Shown here in pieces: positions 25,014-34,706 of a stretch of 37,120 nt of DNA. The notes under the pieces are model-generated. The model worked only from the letters and a program-made list of their open reading frames with translations, was not told where the DNA came from and made no database searches. Each line of letters begins with the position of its first letter. The stretch's first letter is position 1. The stretch comes from Planctomycetota bacterium. GTDB taxonomy: Bacteria > Planctomycetota > Phycisphaerae > Phycisphaerales > SM1A02. The position numbers and the translations under genes were made by a program. The stretch spans positions 1 to 37,120 of the forward strand of contig JACNLR010000214.1 in NCBI GenBank assembly GCA_014381385.1, in the 5' to 3' direction.

Positions 25014-25937
25014 TTACTGCGTGTGACTAAATTCACTCGCAGGAATATCCCCTACCTGCTGTGCTTGAGGTATCCATAAACTTTGATCGATGAGGGTTTC
25101 AACTTCAACATTCTTTGTGCTTCCATCTGCAAAGCAGATTGCTGGAATACCGTTGAATCGACCAAGGGGTGCATATGAACTTGTATTCACTTGCAATCGC
25201 CTGCTTGGAAGAGGTTCCCACTTCGTCACTCTCGCAAAAATACTTGGAATTGCGAGGTGCGTGCCCGCCGTTCCTTCTTGCAACACGTCGTAGGTACCCT
25301 CTTGTGCGAGGAACGTACTGCAGAAAACGATTTGTTTATTTGTTTTTTTGATCTGAGAATAGGAAGCTGCAACAACGTTTAATTGCCTGTCATCTGAAAG
25401 GGTAACATCACTAAACATCGCCCAAGGTTTCCCGCTGTGGTTGTCAATCTCCCACCAACCGCCAAGATAAAACCCGTTGTAACCGAATGCGGGTTCCGTC
25501 GCAATTTGCTCTGCGTGCTCAATAACGTATTCTTCCTTGTCGTCCCACTCAAGATCATCGTAAAAAAGTAGAGTCCTCCAATGGTAATCCATGTACGAGA
25601 GGAGTCTCCAAGGCCATGGACCTGCATCGTTGGGATCGCTTGAGGTGTACTCTGGTGCAGGAGACACGAGAGATTCGTCTTGAAACGCCCACGCCAATTC
25701 ATCGTATGCTTGTACATCCGTGCTTACATAACCCTTGAGCAATCGGTCTTGGTGCATGCCACTGTGCATAATCCAAGCCTTGCCAGTTTCACGAATGAGA
25801 TTAAGTTCATTTGTTTTTTTTGCTCGTTTGCGTGAGGCAGAAAGCGCTGGGTAGAGTACGGAAAGCAGAATTCCGATTATTGCGACTACAATAAGCATCT
25901 CAATGATGGTAAAACCAAAATAGCGATTTCGTTTCAA
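25014..25937 (-). CDS. Prepilin-type N-terminal cleavage/methylation domain protein (type II secretion pseudopilin-like, PVC-type)
   Basis: 307-aa ORF. Class III signal MKRNRYFG|FTIIEMLIVVAIIGILL has Gly-1 and Glu+5. The C-terminal ICFADGSTKNV resembles the DG tail of DUF1559 / H-X9-DG proteins. The TTG start overlaps the ispG TGA, and AAGGAA lies 7 nt upstream. Confidence 0.85.
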   Translation of the reverse strand: MKRNRYFGFTIIEMLIVVAIIGILLSVLYPALSASRKRAKKTNELNLIRETGKAWIMHSGMHQDRLLKGYVSTDVQAYDELAWAFQDESLVSPAPEYTSSDPNDAGPWPWRLLSYMDYHWRTLLFYDDLEWDDKEEYVIEHAEQIATEPAFGYNGFYLGGWWEIDNHSGKPWAMFSDVTLSDDRQLNVVAASYSQIKKTNKQIVFCSTFLAQEGTYDVLQEGTAGTHLAIPSIFARVTKWEPLPSRRLQVNTSSYAPLGRFNGIPAICFADGSTKNVEVETLIDQSLWIPQAQQVGDIPASEFSHTQ

Positions 25938-27166
25938 GTTGTATTTCCTTCAACGGTCAGGGGCGCAACGATTGTCACTGCTTTATCACCAAGTTTTGTT
26001 TCGCCACGGCGCACTCTATCTTGCAATGCTTTGCATTCAACTAAAAGTCTATCAAGGATTTCATCTTCTTTTACATTGGCTACGCGTTCACCTTGTACGT
26101 AGATTATGCCTTTACGGTCACCTGCAAACACGGCAACATCAGCGCCCTCTGCTTCGCCGGGTCCATTAACAACGCAACCCATAACAGCAACTTTGATCGG
26201 CACATCAATTTCATTTTCCAACTGCGCGCGAACATTGTCAACGAGTTCGAATAAGTCAACTTGAATACGTCCGCAACTTGGGCACGCAATGAGCTCCGCT
26301 CCAATTCTTGTGCGCAAGTCAAGACTATTGAGCAACTCGATACCGTCTTCAACTTCAAACACCGTGTCACTCGCATAACTGATGCGAATGGTGTCGCCAA
26401 TGCCTTGGGAGAGCAGGGAGCCTAAAGCTGCGATAGAACGAATTGATCCAGTTTCTCGTGGTCCAGCATGCGTCACGCCTAAATGTAGCGGATAGTCAAA
26501 CCGTTTTGAAAGTTCTTGATACATATCAATAACAAGTCGTGCGTCCATGAGTTTCGCGCTAAGGCAGATGTTTTGAAAATCTCTGCTCTCAAATATGTCG
26601 AGATACTCCTCAACCTTAGCAATCATCATTGCGAGCAAGTGCCCTTGTTTTCGATCTGCAAAAAAGGATGCGAGTTCTGCTTGGCGTTTTTGTTTGTCTT
26701 TTCTTTCGACGACGGATCCTTCGTTTACACCTATCCTGATTGGGATATTTGCATCTTTGCAAGAGTCAATGACAGCATTAACTTGTTCCCTATCTCCAAT
26801 GTTTCCGGGGTTCAATCGAATTTTTTGTACGCCGGCTTCAATGGCTTCAAGTGCGCGTTTAAAGTGAAAGTGGACGTCGGCGACAATTGGAACGGAAACT
26901 TGCGAAAGAATTTCAGTAAGGGCTGCTGTGTCCTTACGCTCTGGAACGGCGACTCGCACGATATCCGCACCCGCTTTTGTGAGTCGGTTGATTTCTGCAA
27001 TACACGCGTCAATATCGTGGGTGTACCCCGCGGTCATAGATTGCACTGAAACTGATGCATCGCCACCCACTTTGACGTTTCCGACTTGTATTTGCCTTGT
27101 TTTTCTGCGGTACACGGGTCTATTGTAGATGAATTGTGGCAACCACACCAAATCGTTCGTATACAT
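25934..27166 (-). CDS. ispG: 4-hydroxy-3-methylbut-2-en-1-yl diphosphate synthase
   Basis: 410-aa ORF with VQSMT, IVADVHF and RLNPGNIG. The Fe-S cysteines occur in CPSCGR and GCVVNGPGE. Confidence 0.95.
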   Translation of the reverse strand: MYTNDLVWLPQFIYNRPVYRRKTRQIQVGNVKVGGDASVSVQSMTAGYTHDIDACIAEINRLTKAGADIVRVAVPERKDTAALTEILSQVSVPIVADVHFHFKRALEAIEAGVQKIRLNPGNIGDREQVNAVIDSCKDANIPIRIGVNEGSVVERKDKQKRQAELASFFADRKQGHLLAMMIAKVEEYLDIFESRDFQNICLSAKLMDARLVIDMYQELSKRFDYPLHLGVTHAGPRETGSIRSIAALGSLLSQGIGDTIRISYASDTVFEVEDGIELLNSLDLRTRIGAELIACPSCGRIQVDLFELVDNVRAQLENEIDVPIKVAVMGCVVNGPGEAEGADVAVFAGDRKGIIYVQGERVANVKEDEILDRLLVECKALQDRVRRGETKLGDKAVTIVAPLTVEGNTT

Positions 27167-27187
27167 GTATTGTCATCTCTTAAGCAA

Positions 27188-29839
27188 TCAAAACACTTCA
27201 AGTTCAGCAACGTTGCCTTCGATGAGTAAATCTTCGATTGGCGTACCTTCTGGTATTACTTTTCCGCTCATTGTTGTAACGATGACTTGCGGATTTGCTT
27301 CCATGTGCGTGTTGAGCGCTGCTTCAAGTTCTTCCCGAATATTGTCCTCTAGCGTTTTCCATCCCATCCGTCCTTTGCATTTTGGAAACGTTGAACAACC
27401 AAGCCACGGACCGCGTTTTCCATTTCGCAAGTTCATAGGACTTTCGCATTTTTCACACTCTAGGGATTCGATAAGGAGTGCTGGTGGTGAGGGATATTTA
27501 ATGCCACCTTTTTTGTCGAGGTTTACTACGGTTTTAATTTCTGGGTAGTTGACCGAAGCAAGGAATGGACCAAACCGACCGGTTCGCTTTTCCATCGCTG
27601 ATCCATCTTCTGGGCACGCAACATCAACACGCTCTGGAAGCAACGGTCTTCCCTTGCGATCAATCGGTGCTGCATACTTACAGTCTGGGTAACTTGTACA
27701 CGATAAGAATCTTCCGTTTTTCCCAAAACGATACTCTGTTTTGCTTCCGCAAGTTGGACACTTGTAAATCGCTGGTTTTGTTTCCGCTTTGGCGTGGGGC
27801 ATTTCTTCGTACGCTGTTTCAAGGCGCTTACTAAACCGACCGTAGAAGTCGTGGAGCATAGCTACCCATTTTGTTTCGCCATTGGCAACATTGTCGAGTC
27901 GTTCTTCCAGAGAGCGCGTGTACTCAACCCCCATCAAAATGGGAAACGCTTCGATGAGTTTGTCCGTGACGACTTCACCTAAATCTGTTGGGTGGAACGA
28001 ACGGTCAATCTTCTCTACGTACTTTCTGTATTGAATGACATCGATAATGGATGCATACGTAGACGGTCGCCCGATACCCTCGGACTCTAATTTTTTGATA
28101 AGCGATGCTTCGCTGTACCGAGAAGGTGGCGAAGAAAAATTTTGCTTCGGGGAAATGTCGAAGGGGAAGAGCTCGGTGCCTTCGTTGAGTTCGGGCAAAT
28201 TTTGCTCTGTGTCAGATGATGGCACACCGCTTGCTTTGTAAAAACCATCAAAGGCAAGTGTTCTGCCACCAACTTTAAAAACAGCACCCGTGTTTTCATC
28301 TTCGCGAGCAAAGAATATTTCAGTGCGGTGCCAACGCGCAGCGCTCATCTGGCATGCGACAAAACGTGACCATATCAAACCGTACAAACGTTTTTGATCT
28401 TCGTTGGTTGACGCTTTTAGTGTGTCTGGGTGTAGTCCAACATCTGTTGGTCGAATCGCTTCGTGCGCTTCTTGCGCATCTTTATTTGCAGAGGTATAAA
28501 ATTTTGGTTTGTCTGGAAGGTACGCATCGCCAAATTTATTTCCAATATAGGTGCGAACCATGTTCATCGCATCTCCAGAAATATGCGTCGAATCGGTTCG
28601 CATATACGTTATGGAACCATCTTCGTAGAGACCTTGCGCTGCTCGCATTGTTCTTTTAGCACCAAAACCAAGAACTGTAGAAGCGGATGCTTGCAAAGAC
28701 GATGTAATAAATGGTCCCGGAGGTCGAACAGTACTGTCTTTTTGCTTAATGTCTTTAATTTTGTAAGAGACGTCAGCAGCAATATCGCCTTCAAGAGATA
28801 TGCAGCGTTTTGCTGGACCTTTGCCCTCTTCGTCTTCGGTAACTGTAATAGATAGGTTGTCCAAACCAACGGCTTTGCCAACTTCAAGTAATCTTGCTTT
28901 GTGTGCATCGAGTGTGTTGTCTTGGCAATCTGAAGCACGAGTAACTTTAAATGGTTTACCATTAATTTCGACAAGCGAAGCCTCAAGAGATTTGTTCTCC
29001 GCGAGGAATGCGTTCATCTGTTTACGTGTTGGTCCTTTACCACGTTCATCTTTCACTTTAAGAAACGCAGACCACTTCGCGTGCAGTGATTCGGTTGCGC
29101 TTGCATCGAGCGTGAATTGACCGACCACGCTCCATGACTCTTCTGGAATATGCGCTTCAATTTCTTTTTCGCGTTCGACAACAATACGAACGGCGACCGA
29201 TTGCACTCTGCCGGCACTAAGACCACCCGCGACGCGTTTCCAAAGAAGCGGCGAAACCTTGTACCCAACGATACGGTCAAGAATGCGTCTTGCCTGTTGG
29301 GCATCGACGTAGTCCATGTTAATGGGGTGTGGATGCTTGAACGCTTCTTCAATTTGTTTTTTTGTAATCGCGTTAAATATGACGCGCTTTGCTTTTGTTG
29401 GCTCTACTTTAAGTAGTTCCGCAAGGTGCCAAGCGATAGCTTCTCCCTCGCGGTCAAGGTCGCTGGCAAACCAAACATCTTTGGCGACTTTTGCTGCTTT
29501 TTTTAACTCGCTTGCAAGGACAGTTTTTCCCTTGAGTACTTCGTAGGTTGGTTTAAAGTCATGTTCAAGGTCTACACCTGGTACTTCTTGTTTTATTCCC
29601 TTGGGCGCCCTTGCAGGAAGATCACGAATATGTCCAACAGAAGAGGTGACAGCATAATCGTCTCCAAGGTACTTGTTAATAGTCCGAGCTTTGGCAGGCG
29701 ATTCGACAATAACGAGGTGCTTGCCAGTTGCGTCTGGAACAGCATTACGCTTCTTGGTTGTCTTCTTCTTTGAAGTCTTCTTTTTTGTGGTCTTTTTTTT
29801 AGCCAAAATATAGGTACCTTGGGACTCTTTACGCCTCAT
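27188..29839 (-). CDS. topA: DNA topoisomerase I
   Basis: The TOPRIM domain starts at LVIVESPAKARTINKYLG, and the active-site Tyr region is ITYMRTDS. The C-terminus carries several Cys4 zinc-ribbon motifs (CPTCGS...C..YPDC, CPEDGS, CEKCES...C..FPKC). The start is uncertain: ATG at 29839 (used here), TTG at 29851 (track) or TTG at 29806. Confidence 0.93.
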   Translation of the reverse strand: MRRKESQGTYILAKKKTTKKKTSKKKTTKKRNAVPDATGKHLVIVESPAKARTINKYLGDDYAVTSSVGHIRDLPARAPKGIKQEVPGVDLEHDFKPTYEVLKGKTVLASELKKAAKVAKDVWFASDLDREGEAIAWHLAELLKVEPTKAKRVIFNAITKKQIEEAFKHPHPINMDYVDAQQARRILDRIVGYKVSPLLWKRVAGGLSAGRVQSVAVRIVVEREKEIEAHIPEESWSVVGQFTLDASATESLHAKWSAFLKVKDERGKGPTRKQMNAFLAENKSLEASLVEINGKPFKVTRASDCQDNTLDAHKARLLEVGKAVGLDNLSITVTEDEEGKGPAKRCISLEGDIAADVSYKIKDIKQKDSTVRPPGPFITSSLQASASTVLGFGAKRTMRAAQGLYEDGSITYMRTDSTHISGDAMNMVRTYIGNKFGDAYLPDKPKFYTSANKDAQEAHEAIRPTDVGLHPDTLKASTNEDQKRLYGLIWSRFVACQMSAARWHRTEIFFAREDENTGAVFKVGGRTLAFDGFYKASGVPSSDTEQNLPELNEGTELFPFDISPKQNFSSPPSRYSEASLIKKLESEGIGRPSTYASIIDVIQYRKYVEKIDRSFHPTDLGEVVTDKLIEAFPILMGVEYTRSLEERLDNVANGETKWVAMLHDFYGRFSKRLETAYEEMPHAKAETKPAIYKCPTCGSKTEYRFGKNGRFLSCTSYPDCKYAAPIDRKGRPLLPERVDVACPEDGSAMEKRTGRFGPFLASVNYPEIKTVVNLDKKGGIKYPSPPALLIESLECEKCESPMNLRNGKRGPWLGCSTFPKCKGRMGWKTLEDNIREELEAALNTHMEANPQVIVTTMSGKVIPEGTPIEDLLIEGNVAELEVF

Positions 29840-29923
29840 TCCATCGGTCAAGCAGCACGAACGGCTTGCCTAGCGCGAAGCATTGGAACGACTTTTCTGA
29901 GATTGTCAAGTCCAAAGCGAAAA

Positions 29924-30847
29924 TTATTTTTTTGCAGAAATATACGTAAGTGCTTCTGTAGCAGCATGTTGAGTACCTTTATTGTCCATGTCAATAAAAT
30001 GTGCTGTAGGTAAAACTTCGAACTTTCTTAGCCATGTTCGTTGTTGCTTCGCGTATCGCCTCGTCAAAATCTTGATGCGCTCTTTTGCTTCATCTAGGGT
30101 GCATTCGCCCCGAAGGTGAGACAGAAGTTGTTTATAGCCAAGTGCTTCTGACGCTTGCGTGCCGAATCTATCCCTCAGAGCGGTCACTTCATCTAGAAAT
30201 CCCTCGTCGAACATCGTTCGAACACGGGAATTGATACGCCTGTTAATCGTTTTAACGGGCCATTGGAGCCCAATTATCAAGGCGTCTTCCCGTGGCATTG
30301 GTTTACCCCACTGGGACTGGAGTGAGGAGAGAGGGTGCCCCGTTGCCTCGCAAACTTCTATAGCACGAACCAATCGGCGCGTATCGTTTATGTGAATTCG
30401 CTCAGCGGCTTCCGGGTCAAGTTCGCGCAGTCGTTTTTGCAGTTCTGTATTGGGCAGAGCTTTTAGAGCATCCCGTTTTTCTTGATCACACTCTGGTCCA
30501 TCGAACATTCCAAACAGCAGGGACTGTACGTAGAGGTTTGTTCCACCGACAACGATGGGCCACTGTCCTCGCCTGCGTATTTCTTCGATGGTTTTTTCTG
30601 CTCGTTTTAGCCACGTTTCTACGGTAAATCCATCTTCGCTTGGTTCTACTATGTCTACAAGGTGGTGGACGGCGCTTTTGTGCTCAATCGCTGTGGGCTT
30701 TGCCGTTCCTATATTCATGTGCTTGTAGATTTGCATTGAATCAGCACATATACATTCGCCGCCCCCTTCAAGTGCATTTGCAAGGGCAATTGCCAAAGAG
30801 GTTTTGCCTCCAGCCGTAGGTCCAAGGATCAAAATAATCGGTCGCAT
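29924..30847 (-). CDS. miaA: tRNA dimethylallyltransferase
   Basis: P-loop ILGPTAGGKTSLAIALA follows directly after MRPIILIL. The block DSMQIYKHMNIGTAKP is also present. I place the start at the internal ATG (plus 30845-30847). The 44-codon upstream extension in the track has no MiaA counterpart and would overlap pgk. Confidence 0.9.
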   Translation of the reverse strand: MRPIILILGPTAGGKTSLAIALANALEGGGECICADSMQIYKHMNIGTAKPTAIEHKSAVHHLVDIVEPSEDGFTVETWLKRAEKTIEEIRRRGQWPIVVGGTNLYVQSLLFGMFDGPECDQEKRDALKALPNTELQKRLRELDPEAAERIHINDTRRLVRAIEVCEATGHPLSSLQSQWGKPMPREDALIIGLQWPVKTINRRINSRVRTMFDEGFLDEVTALRDRFGTQASEALGYKQLLSHLRGECTLDEAKERIKILTRRYAKQQRTWLRKFEVLPTAHFIDMDNKGTQHAATEALTYISAKK

Positions 30848-30868
30848 ATGCGATATATAATAGTCTCC
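30848..30868. promoter_or_regulatory. 21-bp AT-rich divergent spacer with overlapping -10-like hexamers (miaA / pgk)
   Basis: On the plus strand, TATAAT at 30856-30861 lies 7 nt before the pgk ATG (30869). On the minus strand, TATATA / TATTAT lies 6-9 nt before the miaA ATG. No Shine-Dalgarno sequence is present on either side. Confidence 0.45.
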
Positions 30869-32032
30869 ATGAAACAGACCATTGAACAAATTGATGTTGC
30901 CGGTAAACGTGTCCTTATGCGAGTTGATTTTAATGTTCCCACGCAAGATGGTGTAATCAAAGATGACCGTAGGATTCAAATGACCCTACCTAGCATCAAA
31001 AGTGTCTTGGACCGAGGCGGGAAACTGACGTTGCTAAGCCACCTTGGCAGACCAAGTGGTACGGGATTTGAAAAAGCATTTTCACTTGCTCCAGTTGCTA
31101 CACGCCTTGGAGAATTACTTGGACGTACAGTAGTTTGCTCGGACGAGGACAAAACTTCTGACATTGTCCTTGCAGAAAATCTACGCTTTAATTCCGGCGA
31201 AAAGTTGGGCGATGCAACGTATGCAAAACAACTTGCAAAAAGATGCGATATCTACTGCAACAATGCATTTGGCACCGCCCATCGAAACCATGCTTCGATG
31301 GTAGCAGTACCAGAAGCAATGCAAGGAAAACCGCGGGTTGCTGGATTGTTGCTTGCAAGAGAATTGCAATATCTAGATGACGCAATTGCAAATGCTCAAA
31401 AACCATTTATCGCAGTTATTGGTGGCGCAAAAGTATCAGATAAAATGGGTGCGATTGAAAATTTACTCGGCAAGGTCGACTCGATTATTATTGGCGGTGC
31501 AATGGCGTATACCTTCCTCGTTGCGCAGGACATTGAGGTTGGCGCGAGCCTCGTCGAGAGCGACCGAATAGAAGACGCGCGTTCGATGATCGCAATCGCT
31601 TCAGCAAGTTCGACAGCGTTGCTGCTCCCTAGCGACCACGTTTGTGCGCAAGAGATTGCAGAAGGAACGCAAGTGCACGTTTCGGCTGGCTCAATTCCAG
31701 AAGGAATGATGGGTCTTGACATTGGACCTGAAACTGTGGAGTGCTATTCCAACGTAATCCAAAACGCTAAAACGATTGTTTGGAATGGACCGATGGGCGT
31801 CTTTGAAATACCACCGTTTGATGCTGGAACAAGGCATATCGCACAGGCAATTGCACAGGCAACTCGCCAAGGCGCTATTTCCATTGTTGGCGGAGGTGAC
31901 TCTGCAGCCGCGATTTCGGCCTTTGGTTTGGAGGAGGAAATGACCCATATTTCCACAGGAGGGGGTGCAAGCCTACAAATGCTCGAAGGAAAGGGATTTA
32001 AGAGTGTTGCAATGCTCGATGATGACGTATGA
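30869..32032 (+). CDS. pgk: Phosphoglycerate kinase
   Basis: The N-terminus KRVLMRVDFNVP matches the family, along with FGTAHR and a C-terminal block GGGDSAAA ... ISTGGGASL. I chose the start at MKQTIEQ (30869) over the track start at 30848. Confidence 0.93.
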   Translation: MKQTIEQIDVAGKRVLMRVDFNVPTQDGVIKDDRRIQMTLPSIKSVLDRGGKLTLLSHLGRPSGTGFEKAFSLAPVATRLGELLGRTVVCSDEDKTSDIVLAENLRFNSGEKLGDATYAKQLAKRCDIYCNNAFGTAHRNHASMVAVPEAMQGKPRVAGLLLARELQYLDDAIANAQKPFIAVIGGAKVSDKMGAIENLLGKVDSIIIGGAMAYTFLVAQDIEVGASLVESDRIEDARSMIAIASASSTALLLPSDHVCAQEIAEGTQVHVSAGSIPEGMMGLDIGPETVECYSNVIQNAKTIVWNGPMGVFEIPPFDAGTRHIAQAIAQATRQGAISIVGGGDSAAAISAFGLEEEMTHISTGGGASLQMLEGKGFKSVAMLDDDV

Positions 32033-32083
32033 TTGACATAAAGGGTTCAATTCGGACCCTGTGGTACCTAAGGAGCATTACTC

Positions 32084-33145
32084 ATGCGTTTTCGTTTATT
32101 TACTGTACTTTGTTTATTTTCGGTTTTAGCCCTCTCGACAAGTGCCTTGGCGCAGATGACCGGAGGAAAAAATAAGGAGTTAAAGGTGGGCTCTGTTGCT
32201 CCTGCGATTTCAGCAGAATGGGTTAAAGGTAGTTTCGATCCTTCCCTAGAAACCCCCTACATTGTGGAGTTTTGGGCAACGTGGTGTGCACCATGCAAAA
32301 AATCAATTCCGCACCTTACGCACTTGCAACGTGAGTATGAACTTGATGGCATTCAAGTCATTGGGATTTCAATAGACGAGGAACAAGAAAAGGTAGAGCC
32401 ATTTGTGCAAAAGCAAGGCAGAAAAATGGACTACACCGTTGGCATCGATAACAACAATGCATCCAAGCGAGCTTGGATGGAAGCAGCGAACCGGAAGGGG
32501 ATTCCTGTAGCATTTATTGTTGACCATAAGGGAGTCATCCAGTTTATTGGTCATCCAATGGATGATAAGTTCGAAAATATACTCAAGAAAGTTATGACAG
32601 GTAGGTACGACCAGACTAAACAAAATCAAGCGAAAGATTCAATTGACGCTGCAAAGAAATTCAGGTCATTGAGCAGTTGGTCTGAAGCAGCACGAGCATA
32701 CGAAAATGCGATTGCAATTGATCAAATCATCTTTGCAGATTTATACTTAGAACTCTTCGAAATGTATTTGGTCAACAAAGGCGATGCTTTTTCGGCGTAT
32801 GCACTAGCGCAAAAAATAATCTCAGAACGAGGTTCTGAAGACCCCGAACTGCTCACATGGTTGGCAAAAAAAATTGCATCAGACCCAGACATAACAAAGA
32901 GCAACCGCAAGATGGACGTTGCAATGCAGGCGGCAACTGCTGCTTTATCGTTCACCGAAAGAAAGGATGACCCGAAATATCTTTCCACGATTGCGATGGT
33001 GCACTACAACAACGATGATCTAGAGCAAGCGATACAGTGGCAACGAAGAGCATACCAAGCAGCACGAAGCAAGAAAAAACAGAGTTATAAAATCACACTT
33101 GATCGGTATCGCACTCAAATGTCGCACGCATCTACCAGTCAGTGA
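32084..33145 (+). CDS. Secreted thioredoxin-fold thiol-disulfide oxidoreductase (TlpA/ResA-like) fused to a helical TPR-like C-terminal domain
   Basis: 353-aa ORF with a signal peptide ending ALAQ and the active site FWATWCAPC. The C-terminal roughly 170 aa is helical-repeat-like. AGGAG lies 8 nt upstream of the ATG. Confidence 0.8.
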   Translation: MRFRLFTVLCLFSVLALSTSALAQMTGGKNKELKVGSVAPAISAEWVKGSFDPSLETPYIVEFWATWCAPCKKSIPHLTHLQREYELDGIQVIGISIDEEQEKVEPFVQKQGRKMDYTVGIDNNNASKRAWMEAANRKGIPVAFIVDHKGVIQFIGHPMDDKFENILKKVMTGRYDQTKQNQAKDSIDAAKKFRSLSSWSEAARAYENAIAIDQIIFADLYLELFEMYLVNKGDAFSAYALAQKIISERGSEDPELLTWLAKKIASDPDITKSNRKMDVAMQAATAALSFTERKDDPKYLSTIAMVHYNNDDLEQAIQWQRRAYQAARSKKKQSYKITLDRYRTQMSHASTSQ

Positions 33146-33149
33146 ATTG

Positions 33150-33836
33150 ATGCACGTTCAATCGAAAATGTCACTGCTTACCGCACCACCTGCATTGCCC
33201 CTTGTTGCGCCCTCAATTCTGTCCGCAGATTTTGCGAACTTGGGTGATGAGTGCAACGCCGTTATTGCTGCCGGTGCAGACTTGCTCCACCTTGATGTGA
33301 TGGATGGACTTTTTGTGCCAAATCTCACGATGGGACCTGCGCTTTGCAAGTCTCTTCGCAACGCGTTACCCGATGTGTACCTCGATGTACACCTCATGGT
33401 TGATACACCGCTTATGTACGTAGAACCATTTGCAAAGGCAGGTGGGAATCTGTTTACGTGCCACGTTGAAGCTAGCGATGATCCTCTTGCTGTTGCAGCT
33501 GCGTGCCACGCTGCTGAAATGGATGCGGGGATAGCGATAAACCCGCCGACCGACGTTGCAGAACTTCTTCCCTTGATTGATGCTTTCGATTTAATATTAG
33601 TGATGAGCGTTAATCCGGGGTTCTCTGGGCAGTCATTTATACCTGAAGTACTCTCGAAAGTAGAAGTTGTTTCAGAACATTTGCGCCCAGACCAGCGCCT
33701 TCAAATGGACGGTGGTGTTGGACCCGCAACGTGTGAGCGTTGCAAAGATGCGGGCTGCGATGTCCTCGTTGCAGCTTCTGCAATTTTTGGCACAGACGAC
33801 TACGCAGCGGCAATTACGGGACTTAGGGGTTTTTGA
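33150..33836 (+). CDS. rpe: Ribulose-phosphate 3-epimerase
   Basis: Contains APSILSADFANLGDE, HLDVMDG and VMSVNPGFSGQ. The start is at 33150 (MHVQSK) or 33168 (MSLLT). The track start at 33099 overlaps the upstream gene. Confidence 0.92.
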   Translation: MHVQSKMSLLTAPPALPLVAPSILSADFANLGDECNAVIAAGADLLHLDVMDGLFVPNLTMGPALCKSLRNALPDVYLDVHLMVDTPLMYVEPFAKAGGNLFTCHVEASDDPLAVAAACHAAEMDAGIAINPPTDVAELLPLIDAFDLILVMSVNPGFSGQSFIPEVLSKVEVVSEHLRPDQRLQMDGGVGPATCERCKDAGCDVLVAASAIFGTDDYAAAITGLRGF

Positions 33837-33854
33837 CCGATACGACCACTTGCA

Positions 33855-34706
33855 ATGAAGAACCAAGAAAAAACACAACAATGGGCTGATGAAGCGACAT
33901 CGCCAGCAAGAAAACGCGGTGTTCCTGAAGGGCTCTGGATGCGCTGCGATGCTTGCAGTTCAATACTTTTTCGACGAAGTGTTGAGAATAATCTGGAAGT
34001 CTGCCCCGAATGCCAGCGACACTTCCGAGTTTCTGCTGACAGCCGAATAAAACAATTGGTCGATCCTGAAACATTTGAAGCGTTTGATGAGGGGCTTGCA
34101 CCCCAAGACCCGCTTTCATTTGTTGACTTAAAGTCGTACAAAGATCGCCTAGCAGCCGCCCAAAAGAAAACGAAAAAGAACGATGCAATCCAAACTGGGT
34201 ATGCATTTATAAAGGGCCGAAAGGTCGTTTTAGGAGTCATGAACTTCGCCTTCCTTGGCGGGTCGATGGGTAGCGTAGTAGGTGAAAAAATCCGAAGAGC
34301 AATCGAACGTGCCGCCGATCAAGACTTGCCATTGATTATTGTTGCTGCATCGGGTGGAGCAAGAATGATGGAGTCGGGACTGTCTCTTATGCAAATGGCA
34401 AAGACTTCAGCCGCACTCGCACGCTTCGATGACATGGGCGGTCTGTTTATTTCTGTTCTCACCGATCCAACCACGGGTGGCGTAACTGCAAGTTTTGCAA
34501 TGTTAGGTGACGTCATCCTTGCAGAACCAAAGGCTTTGATTGGTTTCGCAGGTCCAAGAGTAATTCAACAAACTATCAAGCAAGACTTACCAGATGGTTT
34601 TCAACGCTCTGAGTTTTTACTCGAGTGTGGTTTCGTCGATTGCGTTGTACCTCGAAGTGAGTTACGAAGCGAAATTTCAAGTTTAATCGATTACGCGGGA
34701 AAATAA
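33855..34706 (+). CDS. accD: Acetyl-CoA carboxylase carboxyltransferase subunit beta
   Basis: 283-aa ORF with an N-terminal zinc ribbon (CDACSSILF...CPECQRHFR) followed by the carboxyltransferase block FLGGSMGSVVGEK ... SGGARMMES. Confidence 0.94.
   Translation: MKNQEKTQQWADEATSPARKRGVPEGLWMRCDACSSILFRRSVENNLEVCPECQRHFRVSADSRIKQLVDPETFEAFDEGLAPQDPLSFVDLKSYKDRLAAAQKKTKKNDAIQTGYAFIKGRKVVLGVMNFAFLGGSMGSVVGEKIRRAIERAADQDLPLIIVAASGGARMMESGLSLMQMAKTSAALARFDDMGGLFISVLTDPTTGGVTASFAMLGDVILAEPKALIGFAGPRVIQQTIKQDLPDGFQRSEFLLECGFVDCVVPRSELRSEISSLIDYAGK

Noticed and set aside
20223-30847. dxs, ispA, ispG and miaA lie within about 10 kb. I considered a terpenoid biosynthetic gene cluster.
   Set aside because: These are core MEP-pathway and tRNA-modification genes, interspersed with unrelated housekeeping genes such as topA. 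No terpene synthase/cyclase, P450 or tailoring genes are present.
30848-30979. The track versions of miaA and pgk overlap by 132 bp on opposite strands.
   Set aside because: The N-terminal extensions (44 aa for MiaA, 7 aa for Pgk) have no homologous counterpart. Conserved family N-termini begin right at the internal ATGs.
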